Origin: Catajapyx aquilonaris
Taxonomy: Eukaryota
Length of the DNA: 48,431 nt
Assembly: GCA_000934665.2 (NCBI GenBank)
Contig: JYFJ02002967.1
Location: 1-48,431, forward strand
Reading direction: 5' to 3'
In this document: positions 1 through 13,034 of the stretch, piece by piece
Layout: each line of letters opens with the position of its first letter
Numbering within the stretch: the first letter of the stretch is position 1
Notes under the pieces: model-generated
The model's input: the letters and a program-made list of their open reading frames with translations, nothing else
Told to the model about the DNA's origin: nothing
Databases searched by the model: none
Program-made: the position numbers and the translations under genes

Positions 1-414
1 GGGGGTGAAGGGAGGTGGGGGGTCTGGCCCAGCATGACTGCATGTAACATGTCATGGGTCAAAAATTCCAAAAGGCAGCTTGACATACTATGGACTACGG
101 AAAACCCCTTACTCCCATGTCACTTTCCAGTTCATGTACCTGATCCTGAATCACTCACAGATCTTATTCTCAGGATTAGTGCCAAACAGATTTGTAAACG
201 AAAAACAGGAATTTCCCCCACATCGATGTAAATGAGGTGGTGGTCTTTACTTAGCTTTGCGAATGGGAGGTTAGGGGTAGGATGGAAAGTCTGAAAATAT
301 TTCAAATACTGTATTTTTAGTGAAAGTGTGCTATAGTATTGCTTAGCACACTGGTTATAGTTTTTGGCGTTTGAGCCTACTGTACATAAAGGACATTTGA
401 CTGAGGACTGGGGA

Positions 415-620
415 AATGGCACTGCAGTAATGTATGTGCCTGTAGGTGGAAGGGTCCCAGGTTTGATCCCGAGCCTTTTTTCTTGTATGGAGTTGGTCAT
501 CTCTGGCATCATCTTGGGTGGGAATCCTTGAGACTAACCACCCAGGGGTACTCAGAAAATGACCAAGCAAAGACAGTGCACATGCACCTTGCACCTCCCC
601 TCCCGTCCATCCTGACTTGC
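415..620 (+). mobile_element. Degenerate tRNA-derived SINE remnant
   Basis: AAGGGTCCCAGGTTTGATCCC (B-box-like, about 451-470) resembles AAGGTCCCAGGTTCAAATCCC of the SINE at 25217. GTGCACATGCACCTTGCACCTCCCCTCCC resembles that SINE's body. Boundaries are uncertain. Confidence 0.4.
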
Positions 621-1023
621 CTGACCTGGGCAGAAAATCATGGAATTGATAGAACAAACTGGTGAAGTAGTGATATTCGGAAACCACAACATGAGTGCTA
701 CGTGCAGGATCCCAGGTTGCTAGTGCTAGTGCCAAATGATAGGTGCAGATTGGTCAAAGCCACAGTAATTTTCTTCAGACTGAAGCGTACAAGATGAACA
801 GCAGTGGTAGGATCACCCTAGAGGCCTAGAAACATTACCCTTGTACTACAGAAAAATCATGAGAAACAGGCAAAAGTTTGATTCATACAATGCAAGGAAA
901 AATATCCTTATGATGTGATTGCTCAAGAGCAAAGGAGCTCCAGTTACTCACTGACAATGTTTACTCTTAATTATGATATGTCTGTTGTTCTCCAGCATAA
1001 CATATGTTCATGCCCTTTTGCAG

Positions 1024-1439
1024 CTGCCCTAAATGCTTCAGCACATGGTGTAACTTACTTCAAGGCTCCTGCAGAGAAGTCCTACAAGTGTGGCCCAACC
1101 CAGCCCCTGCCCCTCAATGTGACTGACACAAATGACAAGAATTCCACCGTCCTGGCTGGTGTGCTCAAGGTGCAGGATCTGCAACTGCAAGCCTTCCACA
1201 AAGGCAAAACTGATAAATATGGAGAATGTAAGTACTAGCAGAATTGCACACCAGCATAACATGCTAAATGTATGGTTTTCCCCCCCCCTCCTGTAGCTTT
1301 TGACTGTGAGCACGAGAAGCCATCTGATGTTGTTCCAATAGCAGTGGGAGTCGCATTGGCTGTTCTGGTGGTCATTGTTCTCATTGCCTACCTGATTGGC
1401 CGCCGCCGCTCTAGGGCAAGGGGATACCAGAGCGTGTAA
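1024..1439 (+). CDS. LAMP1: Lysosome-associated membrane glycoprotein (LAMP family), last two coding exons; 5' part lies upstream of the window
   Basis: Exons 1024-1227 and 1297-1439 (GT-AG, phase 1) read ...YFKAPAEKSYKC...VQDLQLQAF...YGESFDCEHEKPSDVVPIAVGVALAVLVVIVLIAYLIGRRRSRARGYQSV*. This is the end of a LAMP domain, one TM helix and a terminal GYxxPhi lysosomal sorting motif. AATAAA at 2140-2145. Confidence 0.93.
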
Positions 1440-2899
1440 TGATTCCGACAAATAGGAACTACAGGCTTTCAGCCCCCATCCCTACCACTCCCCCCTCCCA
1501 CCTGCCCTCTTTAGTTTCTCTCTTTTTCATGATGTTGAGGAAGGAAGAAATGGGAGCTACAGTGTCACAGCAATAATGCCGATTTTGGCAATGTTTTTAG
1601 CAGTAATTGGATGGTGTCTGAAATTTTTAAGTGTGGGTAAGGTGGGAGGGGGGATCTTTGGTGGGATGTGGGTGTGTGCAAAGTCTTGTATTTGGAAATC
1701 ATGTGATATGTTCAGCATACATTCTTGTGTCCGGAACTCTTCGGTTCAAGAATGTAAACTTTTTTCTACTGGATAAAAAGAAACGCGTGGGGTGACTACT
1801 CATCGGGTGGATTGAATCATGTTCCTATTGCACAAGGGTGGCAGGAAATATGAAAACCGTGAGCAAGAAGTAGAGTGAGTGACACGTGTTTCCCACCCTC
1901 TTCTCTTTGGTACTGTTTGTGTAAGAAGTGCAGAATCATTCGTATAAATAATGTATGAGGGTGTGCATGGATCATGCACACTTTAGATGTAAGATGGGAA
2001 CAGAGCAATTGTTGCTTTTCTCTAGTCCACTATTGGTTTGTAAGCCACTTAAAAGAGTGAGGAAAATTAGAAAATAAGAGAAAGACAGATGGGCTGAGGA
2101 AAGGCGTTGATTTTGCCAATATGTTGTGCTGTAAGTCAAAATAAACGTTATTGATGCCAATTGACCCATTTTCAACTAATCATTTTAGTTCTTTAACATG
2201 TTATTACATACAGCAGAAGGATCTGCTCATGCCTTCTACAACTGGATTCACAGGTAGCCAACCCAAGACTTTTTCAGGATATGGGGCACGTATGTGGGAC
2301 TTGCCATGTTAAGGGAGGGACATAGACATGTGATTTTGGTGGGAAGATGAACTTCCATTACCTGTAATTCACCATCCTACCCTCAATGGATAACCTCAAA
2401 CCCATGATATGCCTTGAACATTCATGGATAATGTAGGTAGGCTAAGGAAAGCTCTTATCTGAGCACTAGGATGGTCTTGCAGAACAGGAGTTGCATAATT
2501 TATATTTGGGTCATGGATGCCTCTGAAATCGAGTTTTAACCTGGTGGTGGTATCAGAAGTCGAGATTTGTCATGCCAATCCACTGACCACTGCCCATCAG
2601 ATTTAGCCTTTTATGCAGTACTGTGTATGTCAGTGTCTGTCCCTGGCACTTCCCAATCATTTTAGCTGATGAATCGAAAGGACATGTGTAAAGAGAAGGC
2701 GTCAACTCCCCTTGACTCCCCTAGTCCCTCATCCAAGCAAAAATAATGTCCACTTCTTGTCCGCAAAATATCCAGTCATGCACCCGCAACCTCACCAATG
2801 ACACCAAATATTACCCGTGACTTTCTAAGGGAGCCCTATCCTGTGAGAAAAATAAGATACTTCCTCAAAATACTCTGTAGAATGATTTCCCTGGACAAC

Positions 2900-3240
2900 G
2901 GGAAATAAGGAACTGGCAAATCTGGGTTGCGGACCTGGACCATGCATGACTTGAACTGCGGGCTACCGAATTCCTTCCTGGGCTCTTGCAGGCCACCAAG
3001 CCCAACCAACAATGAATAAGAGTATTTCGAGGCGTTTCTATGGAAAAAAAAAAGGAGCAGCACAATAGAAATTATTCTGGTGTAGGCCCATTAGGGAGCC
3101 AAATTTTTCGTGTTCCGCCTGGGGCTGCAGGCACCGAACCTGACAGATCCCATTATTCGTCACCAACTCCATCCGAAGTCATTTATGAACTACGGGGCGG
3201 GAAGAGGAAGGCTGCAGCAGCGCCACTCGTGGACCAAGAG
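2900..3240 (+). promoter_or_regulatory. CpG-rich promoter and non-coding first exon of GHITM
   Basis: Locally CpG-rich. Strong donor GAG|GTGAGT at 3240/3241 and a pyrimidine-rich acceptor ending at 3965, 9 nt before the GHITM ATG. Confidence 0.6.
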
Positions 3241-3974
3241 GTGAGTGTGGCTGGCGGCGCTCGTGTCGTGTCGGGCTGGGGCCCATTCGTGCGCCTGTGG
3301 GAAAGTGACGAAGCGGTGACCGAACGACGGAGAAGGTGAGGGGAAAGGGTGTGTGGGGCGACGGAACCATCTCGAACGAGGAACGAAAATCTGACGCAAT
3401 ATACGCGAAGGGGGCCCACATTCTAGCTCTGACACCACCGAGTACAGTACGTGCGTTAGCAGTACCCTGCAGGGGCACAGGAGGAACAGGTGAGAGAATG
3501 ATGGACCAAGTACTGCCGCTTTGTTTAGCCTGGTTCGTGGTCTGGTTGGTGCTGGGCCATGGGCATTGTTGTTGCGGGAGAAAAAGTGTTGGTTTGATAC
3601 AGTTGGTCAATTAAGGCTCGTGTACTGGATTCTTTGAACTGGGCTGCTCATATGCGCAGGTTCTTGCTGTTGCCAAACATCGTGCAATTGAGAATTTTGA
3701 AGGGATGATGGAACAGCTTGGTATCCATGCCCTGAAACATTTTGATCCTTCAATTCAAACTTCAGTTTACTGACTTACTCAGCTCACACCACACTGACAA
3801 GGGGGAGGTGTCATATTTATCTGAGTGTGTGTACATTTTATAATTATATTATACTACCTGACTGTAATACTGTAGTATAATTTGTGCATGTGGACTGTTA
3901 TTGTGGAAAAAGAATGACAAACATTGAAAAGAATATTTCCTGATTTTCTTTTTGTTTTCCTCCAGTTGCCCAGC

Positions 3975-5175
3975 ATGTATGCTGTTCGACTTGTCACTGC
4001 TGTCACCCCCTCTACCTCGGCCTGCCTTCGTTTGAGCCTGGGCCATGCACGTTCCCACCTTTCCCCAGCCAAGCAGCATCTGCGCAACTTCAACCAGAGC
4101 AACATCTTTCGAAGTAACGCCTTCCGCGGTACCCGCACCAGTAAGCGACGTACCCTTCGAGAGATGGCCTTAGCTCCTACGTCTGGATCACCTTTCATAT
4201 TGGGCAAAGGTGTGATAGCAGGTGCAGCAGCATTTGGCGTAGGATCCATGTGTTACTATGGTCTGGGGTTGTCAAACCAACCGGGAGCTGTTGAGAGGGC
4301 TGCCCTGTGGCCTGATTACGTGAGAGATCGCATACGTGACACCTATGCTTACTTTGGCGGATCTATTGCCTTGACTGCTGCGAGTGCTGCAGCTGTCTTC
4401 CGATCACCTGCCCTTCTGGGATTGGTGACCAGAGGTGGTTTCCTGGCCATGGCAGGGACATTTGCAGTCATGATTGGTTCTGGAATGGTGGTGAGGAGCT
4501 TGGAGTACAAGCCAGGGTTTGGTCCCAAGCAGCTGGCCTGGGCTGCCCACTGTGCAATCATGGGAGCTGTTGTGGCACCACTGTGCTTCTTGGGGGGCCC
4601 ACTGCTGATCCGGGCTGCATGGTAAGTAGACACACCTTCACCATATTGTTTCCTTTTTATAGGGAGTACCAGTGCAAGAATAGGTCCATAATAACAAAAG
4701 TTTACTTATGTTCCAAGGAACTGCTAGACTTCCAAAAGTTAGTATGGCTTGATGTAAAGAGGAACTTTGCTGAGCGATATCCATGTATCTCTGTAGGTAC
4801 ACAGCTGGAGTGGTTGGAGGCCTGTCCGTAGTGAGTGCCTGTGCCCCGAGTGAGCAGTTCCTGCACATAGGTGGTCCCTTGGCCATGGGCCTTGGGGTGG
4901 TCTTTGCCTCTTCAATTGGGAGCATGTTCCTCTCCCCTGCAACAGCCCTGGGAGCTGGTCTCTACTCCATCAGCCTGTATGGTGGGCTCGTGGTCTTCAG
5001 TGGATTCCTGCTGTACGACACCCAGAGGATTGTCAGGATGGCGGAGTCGCATCCCACCTACAACGTCAGGCCCTACGATCCCATCAACGCTTCCATTTCG
5101 ATCTACCTGGACACCCTCAACATCTTTGTCAGGATTGCTACCATACTGGCTGGAGGTGGAGGAAGGCGCAAGTAG
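3975..5175 (+). CDS. GHITM: Growth hormone-inducible transmembrane protein (TMBIM5/MICS1, Bax inhibitor-1 family), 341 aa
   Basis: Exons 3975-4621 and 4797-5175 give 1026 nt in frame. Arg/Ser-rich N-terminus resembles a mitochondrial presequence. Motifs CYYGLG, WPDYVRDRIRDTYAYFG, RAAWYTAG, FLLYDTQ and YDPINASISIYLDTLNIFVRIATILAGGGGRRK. Confidence 0.96.
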
Positions 5176-5510
5176 ATTGGTAGTCCACAAACACTGCAGT
5201 TTATTAGACAGTTTCACCCTTCTGAAGTGTACATTCTAATCCAGTTGAACCCATTCTTTTTTCGGCATGCTTTACCATTATTAAACACTTCTGCGCCTCC
5301 AACTTATTGTGCAGTTGCCATTATTTATGTGGAAGTATTGCCATGTAATTGAATTGCTGTCACTCTGCCTACACATAGTAGCGCTGCTGCATTTGAAGTG
5401 GCAGTAAACATGGAATGTAAAGAAAGTCATGCATAATTAATAAATAAGCACAGTCCAAGTAAGCAGTGTGACAGCACTCTTGCTGGAAAAGGAAGACAAT
5501 AGGTAGTACA

Positions 5511-8500
5511 TCAGACATTGACTTTCTCATCAGACTTGGCCCCTCCCCCCTCCCCTCCTGCTCCCGCACTGCCCCAGTCTTGCCTCAGATAATCCGAGAA
5601 AAGTCTCCTGGCTTGGTGCAGGACGCACCTGACATCATGCTTCCGGACCATCTTGTCAAAGTGCATGGCTAACTCGTTATAGTCCATGCGGTTGCGGATT
5701 ATGTGGTCACGGTGCTGCAGCAGGAGGGTCAGACACAGGAACATTAGGAATGGGTTGCCGCCACCAAATGCCAGTGGAGGTGGGAGGCCCTGGGAACACA
5801 CTCCAGTGCTGCTAACAATTCCCCATGACGAGAAAGAGATGTCGGACTCCGTGGCCTCCTCACATGAGTTGGTCATGACTGGATGCACGCTTGGAAGCGG
5901 GTTGGACCACACGTACTGTGATTCAGCTTCTTCAGTTGCCGCACTAACTGGGGTTGAAGTTTGTGGCCCAAATACTTTGGAGTCGAGACTTTCAAGTTGC
6001 TGTTGCATTTCTTTCATCTGCTTGGTGGTTATTGGGATGTACTCCGAGAGGTCATCAGTTGAGCCACGGTTCAGGGCTGAATCAACACTCTCTGGCTTCC
6101 AGTCAGAGAGTGATTTACGGGCACCTCGACTGGCGAAATTCCAGAACTCATTCAGGTTCTTGACCAGTTTGGTTGCTGATGCTGATCTTTGGTCTGCTGA
6201 TAGGTCATTGGAGTCACCACCTGAAGCGGCACGATGTACACGGCGCTTCAGCTCTTTCAGGCTGACAGACCTTGCAAAGTTTTGTGCAATTGGTCGCTTG
6301 AATGGTGAATTAGGTGGTGTCTCAATAGCATCATTTGAGCCAAATATAGACTCAGGAGGAGTGTCCAAGCAGGTTTCATCTAAAGAGCGCAGATTACGCC
6401 TGAACTGCTTATCGGGTGTGTCACCCCCACCCATTGAGCTCAAGCTGGATTCATCCAGCGAGTGGTTAAGACGTGGACAGTGTTTTCGGTGTTGTCCTGA
6501 GGTTGAGCTACGTCTGCGCATGGCACACACCTTGGCATATGCTGTTTCCCTGGACCGTATCCCAGGGCTTGGTGGTGGGGGGGTTGCTCCTGAATAGCGC
6601 CTCTGGAACAGGGGCAGCTCCTGCCCATGAGCGATTGCTTCAGGTGGTAAAGATGCCCATAGCACTTCAAGCATATGCAGTGCATCATCAAAGGCAAACT
6701 CTCTCTTCAGCTCCAACAGCAGCCACCGGTAGCAAAACAGGAGATCATCTGCCTGCCGTGCCTGCAACGAGAAGAAGCATGGCCGAATAGTCATCTCCAC
6801 AACCCCAGCTTTGTGGTGTTGACAATGGAAAGGCACCTGGGAAAAACTAGGGTCATCCCCAGAAGATAAGTAGTAGTTGCTTATGTGCAAGTTAAGTTAG
6901 ATTTACCACAACCTATCACTTCCCACCTAGCAGTTGTGCAAAAGGTCCATGCAAGGGCCATTGCATTCCAGAAACATGATTCAAATACTGTATAGCTGGA
7001 TCATATTAATTAATCAGTGCCATCATCACCAAGAGTGAAGAAAATTGTCACTGTTACAGTAGTGCAAAAAAAGGGCATACTCTGTTATATTACAAGTATG
7101 GTACGAACCTTCAAGTACTGGAAAAACTCGGGGTCGTGGTAGAGTAGAGCTTCAGTCAGATGCTGGAACTTGAGTGTCATAGCGTCTCCATCCAACTGGA
7201 AGTTTGGTGCCAGACGACGCATCAAGGCGCAGAAGCATATGTATGCATGTGCCTCCTCCCCCATAATGACCAGCAGTGGTGATGCCAAGTCTGACATACC
7301 TTGGCAGTACCCGACAGAAGGATGGTTGAGGGAGTATGTTGTGAGGATGTTAAACAGTGACACCACGTTCTCATTCTCATCAGTCCCAGCATAAAATTGG
7401 TGGTGTCGATCAGTCCTAAGTACATCCTTTCGCACCATGTTAGTGACATGTTTCACCTCCTCTGGTATGGTCCCAGTGGAAGAATGAATAGTGTCCTTCC
7501 ATGAATCACGCAATGATTGGTACTCTGCTGACTTGCGTTTCATGTAGTCCATGCGTTCTTTCCCAGTGAGGCCAACTGGATATACATTGAGTATGTGCTT
7601 CCAAACCACGCGTCGCAGGCTAGGTTCAATTCCACCTTGGAAGATGGCAAGTCGGAGCTCATTGGTGCGGACCAGCTGCCCAACAGTGTCCATGAAGGAA
7701 CGGAACTCTGAGTCGGTTAAGGGTGGGCGTGGCGGTGGTGGTGGGGGAGCGGGTTGGAGGAGGGAGGTAGTACCAACTGATGATAGGTCAGGGCTGTTTT
7801 CCTCAGCGAAGTTGAGCGCACGTTGGACTATACTGTTCAGAGTTTTCTCCACCTGTGAATTTGAACACATGGTCAATTGGCCATACATCCATTTATGAAA
7901 TCACTCATTCATAAAAGTGGTGGTTTTATTCCACAAGTGGAATCAGTTGTATCAACAGTTCAAAAAGAATTGTCCCTCGCGTCGAGCGGGCAGCCACGCG
8001 TCAGGATGAAAGCAACCAGTTAACTGGTTCCTTTCATCCTGATGCGTGGCTGCCCGCTCGACGCGAGGGACAATTCTTTTTGGACTGATGATACAGGTCT
8101 ACCGGCAATGCAAAATATAGCTCACATGGGTTAATAACAGGGTAGGGAAACGGTTGAATGACTTAGATTCTGTGGAAGTTTGTGCGGTGGTGGCAGCAGC
8201 GGCTTGGACAGTTCCAACCAGGTCCCACTCATCTGGAGGTATGCAGTCCTCAAATGGGCGCAACTCCACGCGAAGACAGAGGCATGGGTCGGAAGCGCTG
8301 GAATATGTGCATTCTGTTAAATGTGAACGTAATTGAAGCAAGTGATGTACTGTCAATATGCAGTCACTCAGTACCCAAGGGATCATGATGTAGAAAGAGA
8401 AACAACAGTATTCTGACTATAGTGAATGTATCTGATTATCTCATCCATTGGGTTATTCTTCTTTTAAAACCTAGTGTAAAGAGTCCATAGCCATAACAGG

Positions 8501-8991
8501 AAACCTGGTCAGTGAATCACATGCATATTAATTCAATGAGTAAACATTTAGAGAGCTTAACACTACTGAAAGTTAATTTTTAAGAGCAATGTACAACCCA
8601 AAGGGCAACATTTAGTATGGCAAATAACAGGTTACCTAAGGAAAGCAGCGTCCAAGTCCCAATCTGACAGTAACGAGAGGTAAGTCTCCTGGCCACAGTC
8701 ATCCACAGCCAGGTACTTGACAGCAAACTCTCCCTTGATGTCAAAGGCCCTGGCCAAGAGGCTCTGCAGCACCTCGAAGGACGTGATCTGTGGGTCCACA
8801 CAGAACTTGCGGTACTCTGGCTGCTGGTTCCCATTGTACTTCTGCCACGAGAGAGAGTGTCGCAAGTAGGAAGCCCCTGGACTTGTACAGCCCATTCAAC
8901 GGGCAATTCCCGTGCCTATTAAATCCCCCACTTGACGTACCTTAACTTTGACCCTTACGGCCTCCCGATTGTATCCCATGTAGCCAGTCAT
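5511..8991 (-). CDS. TBC1D25: TBC1 domain family member 25 (Rab-GAP, OATL1), 807 aa
   Basis: Exons 8991-8941, 8841-8636, 8297-8126, 7852-7109 and 6761-5511 are all GT-AG and total 2424 nt in frame. N-terminal REAVRVKVKK..YRKFCVDPQITSFEVLQSLLARAFDI..LLSDWDL, candidate LIR DEWDLV, TBC catalytic motifs VRKDVLRTDR and GYCQGMSDL, FCYRWLLLELKREF, GGGNPFLMFLCL. Confidence 0.95.
7948..8095. repeat. 148-bp near-perfect palindrome (foldback MITE-like) in TBC1D25 intron 3
   Basis: Two 74-bp arms centred on ACCAGTTAACTGGT, four mismatches seen, no spacer. Confidence 0.9.
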
Positions 8992-9149
8992 GGCTGGCAG
9001 AGTGGGCCGACCTTTACTGACTACCTTTGAGGGTGACTGGCCTGGCCTGTGGGCCTGGCTGTGTGCTCAATGACTGACTTGGGTAGTTGAGCAGTGCAAG
9101 GTAAACAAGTCACAAGACAAGCGAGTCTGACTAGCTGTCCATTCATAGG

Positions 9150-9700
9150 GGCATGTCATGTGTGATGAGTGTGTCAGTCAGTTGTCCGTCTGGCGGAGAC
9201 TAGAAATGATCGTCGATTGGAGCATGCAAGGAAGCACCGGGGGTCGGAACATGTATTAAAAGCGGTCAGTCAGTCTCTTGGGGTAAATGCCACGCATGCA
9301 ACCCCGCGGGTGGGTCACTGGTCGCATGAGGAATGGCTGGAGGGGATGGGTGGCATTGCTCCTCCAGCACTGTCCAGGAAGGGGCTGGGGGTCGATTACG
9401 ACAGAATCATCAGTCGGAGTAGCGATGGGGGGAGAGAGACGAGGGTCCGCTGTGCCTGCTCCTTGTCATCCTCTCTCTCTTCTCTTCTCTCGACCGGCTG
9501 ACATTTTGGACAGGTTGCCAGGTCCTACTGACTTGCACTGGAATCGAAGAGCGTATTTTCCATTTGATGACCGAGGGTTCATTGAGGAAACTTAGCTCTT
9601 GGAATGGCCTGTCCGGTGAGCACGGGCGATCTTATGCGACGCAGTGGAGCAAGGTGTGTGGGAATCTGGTACCACTGCAACAAGTACCGCGGGGTTTTCA
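9150..9700 (-). promoter_or_regulatory. CpG-rich 5' region or promoter of TBC1D25
   Basis: CpG-retaining stretch just upstream of the TBC1D25 start codon at 8991. TSS not determined. Confidence 0.45.
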
Positions 9701-10306
9701 ACCACCATGATCAACCAATATGGATGTATTACAATTGCATGTTATAATAGCCTCGTCATTCATCTGTTCCAGGAAACAAAATTTTCTGGAATCAGTAACA
9801 TTTAAAATAATCAAAATTTGGCCAGCTTTTGAGGTCAAATACAGTACTACACTGTGAGACGGTTATTTCTGCAACAATCTGACTTATTGTATTATTGGTG
9901 GCGCCATACTAAATTGATATTATCAGAACAGATTAACTACTGGAGTTATTAGAGTCAGCTCAAATGCCATCATTGACAACCAGTGTTTCATTTTAAAAAC
10001 TATATTTTTACCTGAATTGCATGTAGTCCTTCAAAAGTGCGATTTTTACCAACTTTTTTTTTTTTTATATGCCAAGAATTGGATGGACGATGCCAGTGCA
10101 CACTCACACATTCACAAGGAAACTATAAGAGTGCACCCGTTCTGTTTTGTGCGCAGAATGGATAAACGCCATTACATGTATTGCCTCTTTATACTCGTAC
10201 CATAACTTATTGACGTGTGTGATGTGAGCAATTTGAAACGCATGTTCTCACGCATATAGGAGAAAATATCGAGATAGCGAAACTACGACTCGTATTATAT
10301 CGCTCA

Positions 10307-10382
10307 AAAAGATAGAGACGATTGGCATTTGATTCAAGTGCAAGTTGCACTTGAGTCAAGTGCAAAATCGTCTCTATCTTTT
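10307..10382. repeat. 76-bp imperfect inverted repeat
   Basis: AAAAGATAGAGACGATT...TCAAGTGCAA-G-TTGCACTTGA...AATCGTCTCTATCTTTT. Confidence 0.8.
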
Positions 10383-10424
10383 CGATGAAGACACTATTCA
10401 TTAGTAGGCGACGTAAAACCATAT

Positions 10425-11385
10425 GAGGGGTGCTCTTCCATGACGTGGCAAGTGCCATTTTTGCGAAAAATCATTTTTTTGTGTTTTCTCGCGGCAAATG
10501 CCACCCTGCAGTTGCCCAAAAAAAGTGGCTGTCCTATGAGCCTCCGTTCCGAAAGTATCAATACCGAAAGTTTTTAGCCATCACTCATATACGTAGGCTA
10601 CAGTACAATGGGTCAGAACGAGGCAAGTGCCAAGAGAGATGGAGGTCATTGCCTCATCTGCGGCTGAGAAAGGGACAACAGGACGTCCGAAGAAACGCTC
10701 AAATTCAAAGAAATTGGAAAAAAAACTGGAAAAAACATTCTGCAGAAGCGCCGCAATACTGTCACAAGTTGTTACACTGCTACGACGGGAGAGGAAAGAA
10801 AGGCAAAGCCACCCCCAGCGCAGGTGTGGCCAGAGTGCTCCACGTTTTATTCCTCTGTTACAATAATTAGTATATCATCCTCCACACTTTTTAAAAATAT
10901 TGACAAAATATAAATAAGAGGTCTGCAGCTCGCATGATTCCACGACAACAATGCATGAACATCAATTTTGTTTGCCACAGTTATAGCCACTAATATACTT
11001 GTAATAATTAAATCATTACAGGCATCATGTAATGCTACTTTGCATGCCACTCATTTACTACAAGACAGAGAGAGAAGCTCTTTCACGCTTTTTTCAACTC
11101 TCTTTCAACTTGCAAACTTCCTTTAGTTTCTCATCACACACTGATTCTCATTGCAATCCAATGTGGCACTTACCTCGTTTTGGAACGTTTTCTTTTTTTG
11201 CAAAATTTTCCTACTATGCCTTTTAATACAAGCATAATTTGAAGTGTTCTTTTGGTTAGTATTGTTGTATGGTTTTTGAAATAAAAATTGTAGTCCTCAA
11301 GGTACACATGTTTCCTCACAAAATGGAAAAACCTTCCCCTGTAAAATTTCATTATTGGCACTTACTATATGGAAGAGCACCCCTC
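10425..11385. mobile_element. Non-autonomous TIR DNA transposon, Sola-like (GAG...CTC ends, 4-bp TSD)
   Basis: TIRs GAGGGGTGCTCTTCCA..AGTGCCA and TGGCACT..TGGAAGAGCACCCCTC, flanked by ATAT at 10421-10424 and 11386-11389. A TA TSD reading is also possible. No transposase recognised. Confidence 0.72.
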
Positions 11386-12039
11386 ATATATGCTGTGAAA
11401 TGAGAAATATCGCATTTATGCTGCTACATACTACAAGTGGACAATGCCACATTTGGCACACTACGTATTCAAATGTATAAAAATTATAACGACATTAATA
11501 TGCGCATCTTTTTAATGTACATACGCCAGTGAGGTTTTAAAACTTTACATGCAAAAGACAAGAGCTCGTCTTCCTTTTCGAGCTTCTCCCTGGAAGGACG
11601 CTATAATTTCACTTTTCCAAAGGCAACTGGCCTGCTCCACGAAAAGAAAATTGTTCCTCTTCGCCAGAACCAGCCCGAGTTCTCTTCTCTTGTGAGCACC
11701 GCGTGAATAGATGAGCATCGCTTCCATGATTGCCAACAGGAAGCCTTGCATCCCAATCACGGCCCCAAGTCAATACCCACTTGGGGTCTATATTATTATA
11801 CTTTCCTCTCACTTCATTTCCTGCATCTCACAGAATGATACGAATGAATCACGCCGACACTCGGGTTTAATCCGCTGGTGGACAGTACGCTGATCCCAAA
11901 TGAGCGATACATCTTGATACATCCCCACTGATGAAAAACACGCACCACAGCTTGTGACTGACTGTGCAAATCTGGTGCAAATGCTCCATATGAAGCCAAG
12001 TGTAACACCAGACGTCGGCAATAAAGAACAGTAGATAGC

Positions 12040-12664
12040 AGTGTGTCGATGTCCCTGCGACCTGGCAGAGCCTCATCAGATCTGTGTGTGGTCGGTCGGT
12101 CAAAGCGATCGGTCGGTCGGTCGGTCTAGAGTAGCAGCTACATTGGGGGCTGAGAGAGTGAGTGTCATGGCGTCGGGTTTTTGTGCTCGGTTCATCTCGT
12201 TCTCCCGAGTAGTAGCCTGGATGGGCTCCGTCGAGGCCTCCTGCGACTCCGGCGCCAGGCCAGCCCTGTGATCCCACGGCTTTCCCTCTCTCTCTCGCGG
12301 GCCGGGAGGGGAGGACAGGCCCCTGGCAGGAAGGAAGGGCGGACGGGCAGGCGGAGGCGGCCTCCGCGCGAGAGGGATAGGAAGGCCAGCCAGCCAGCCA
12401 GCAGCACGGGAGTGAGGAAGGAAGCACTGCAGCAACGACGCCGAGCCACTTGCAGGGGGCAGGCTGACCGCAGGGGGTGACCTGGCAAGGGCAGGGCTGG
12501 AGTGGCACTGACAGGGACACCTGCACAAACGTTTGGTCACCCAGTCACCCCCAGCCAAAGAAGGGAAGAGGTCATCCGGAACTGCAGGAGGAGGAGGAGA
12601 GACCCACACTCTCACCTCACCCCGTGACACCTGCATGAACACTCAGGAGAGTGCTCTCTATACG
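12040..12664 (+). promoter_or_regulatory. GC/CpG-rich promoter and non-coding first exon of the MLK gene
   Basis: GC-rich island with (GGTC)n and (GCCA)n runs, ending at donor ACG|GTGAGT (12664/12665). Acceptor TTTCAG at 16285 precedes the first coding ATG. Confidence 0.6.
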
Positions 12665-13034
12665 GTGAGTTCAGCATTGTGCTTGGATGATGGTTGGACA
12701 GCCTGAACGCAAACCTGGTGCAAGAGTCTGGCCCAGTTCACAAAACAATCTAATCCAGAAAGAGGCTTGCTTCTCACAGTGCAATTCACAAGGAGTTGGA
12801 CATTCCAAGAAAACAGCAAGGTTCATAAGTGATTGTCATACCTCTTGGTTGCACATATAATAGTGTTGTGTAGCTGAACAGAAATATTAACATTATGCAT
12901 AATTTAACAGGGAAATGACTACTACACCATGAAGCAGTGGATTCAAGAGATGGCAAAAGTTCGTTTTCAATGTGGAATACATTGTAATATATTGATTTAG
13001 GTGAACATACTTTGCTTCTGGCAGGGAGCTCTCA

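Noticed and set aside
2505..2600. Possible degenerate tRNA-like SINE head on the minus strand
   Set aside because: Boxes are too decayed, and no tail or TSD could be established.
5686..6597. 303-aa plus-strand ORF
   Set aside because: Antisense shadow of the last TBC1D25 exon, with no recognisable domain.
11867..12642. Overlapping 180-219-aa ORFs
   Set aside because: Stop-poor GC-rich promoter/UTR sequence that gives Pro/Arg/Gly-rich translations in several frames.
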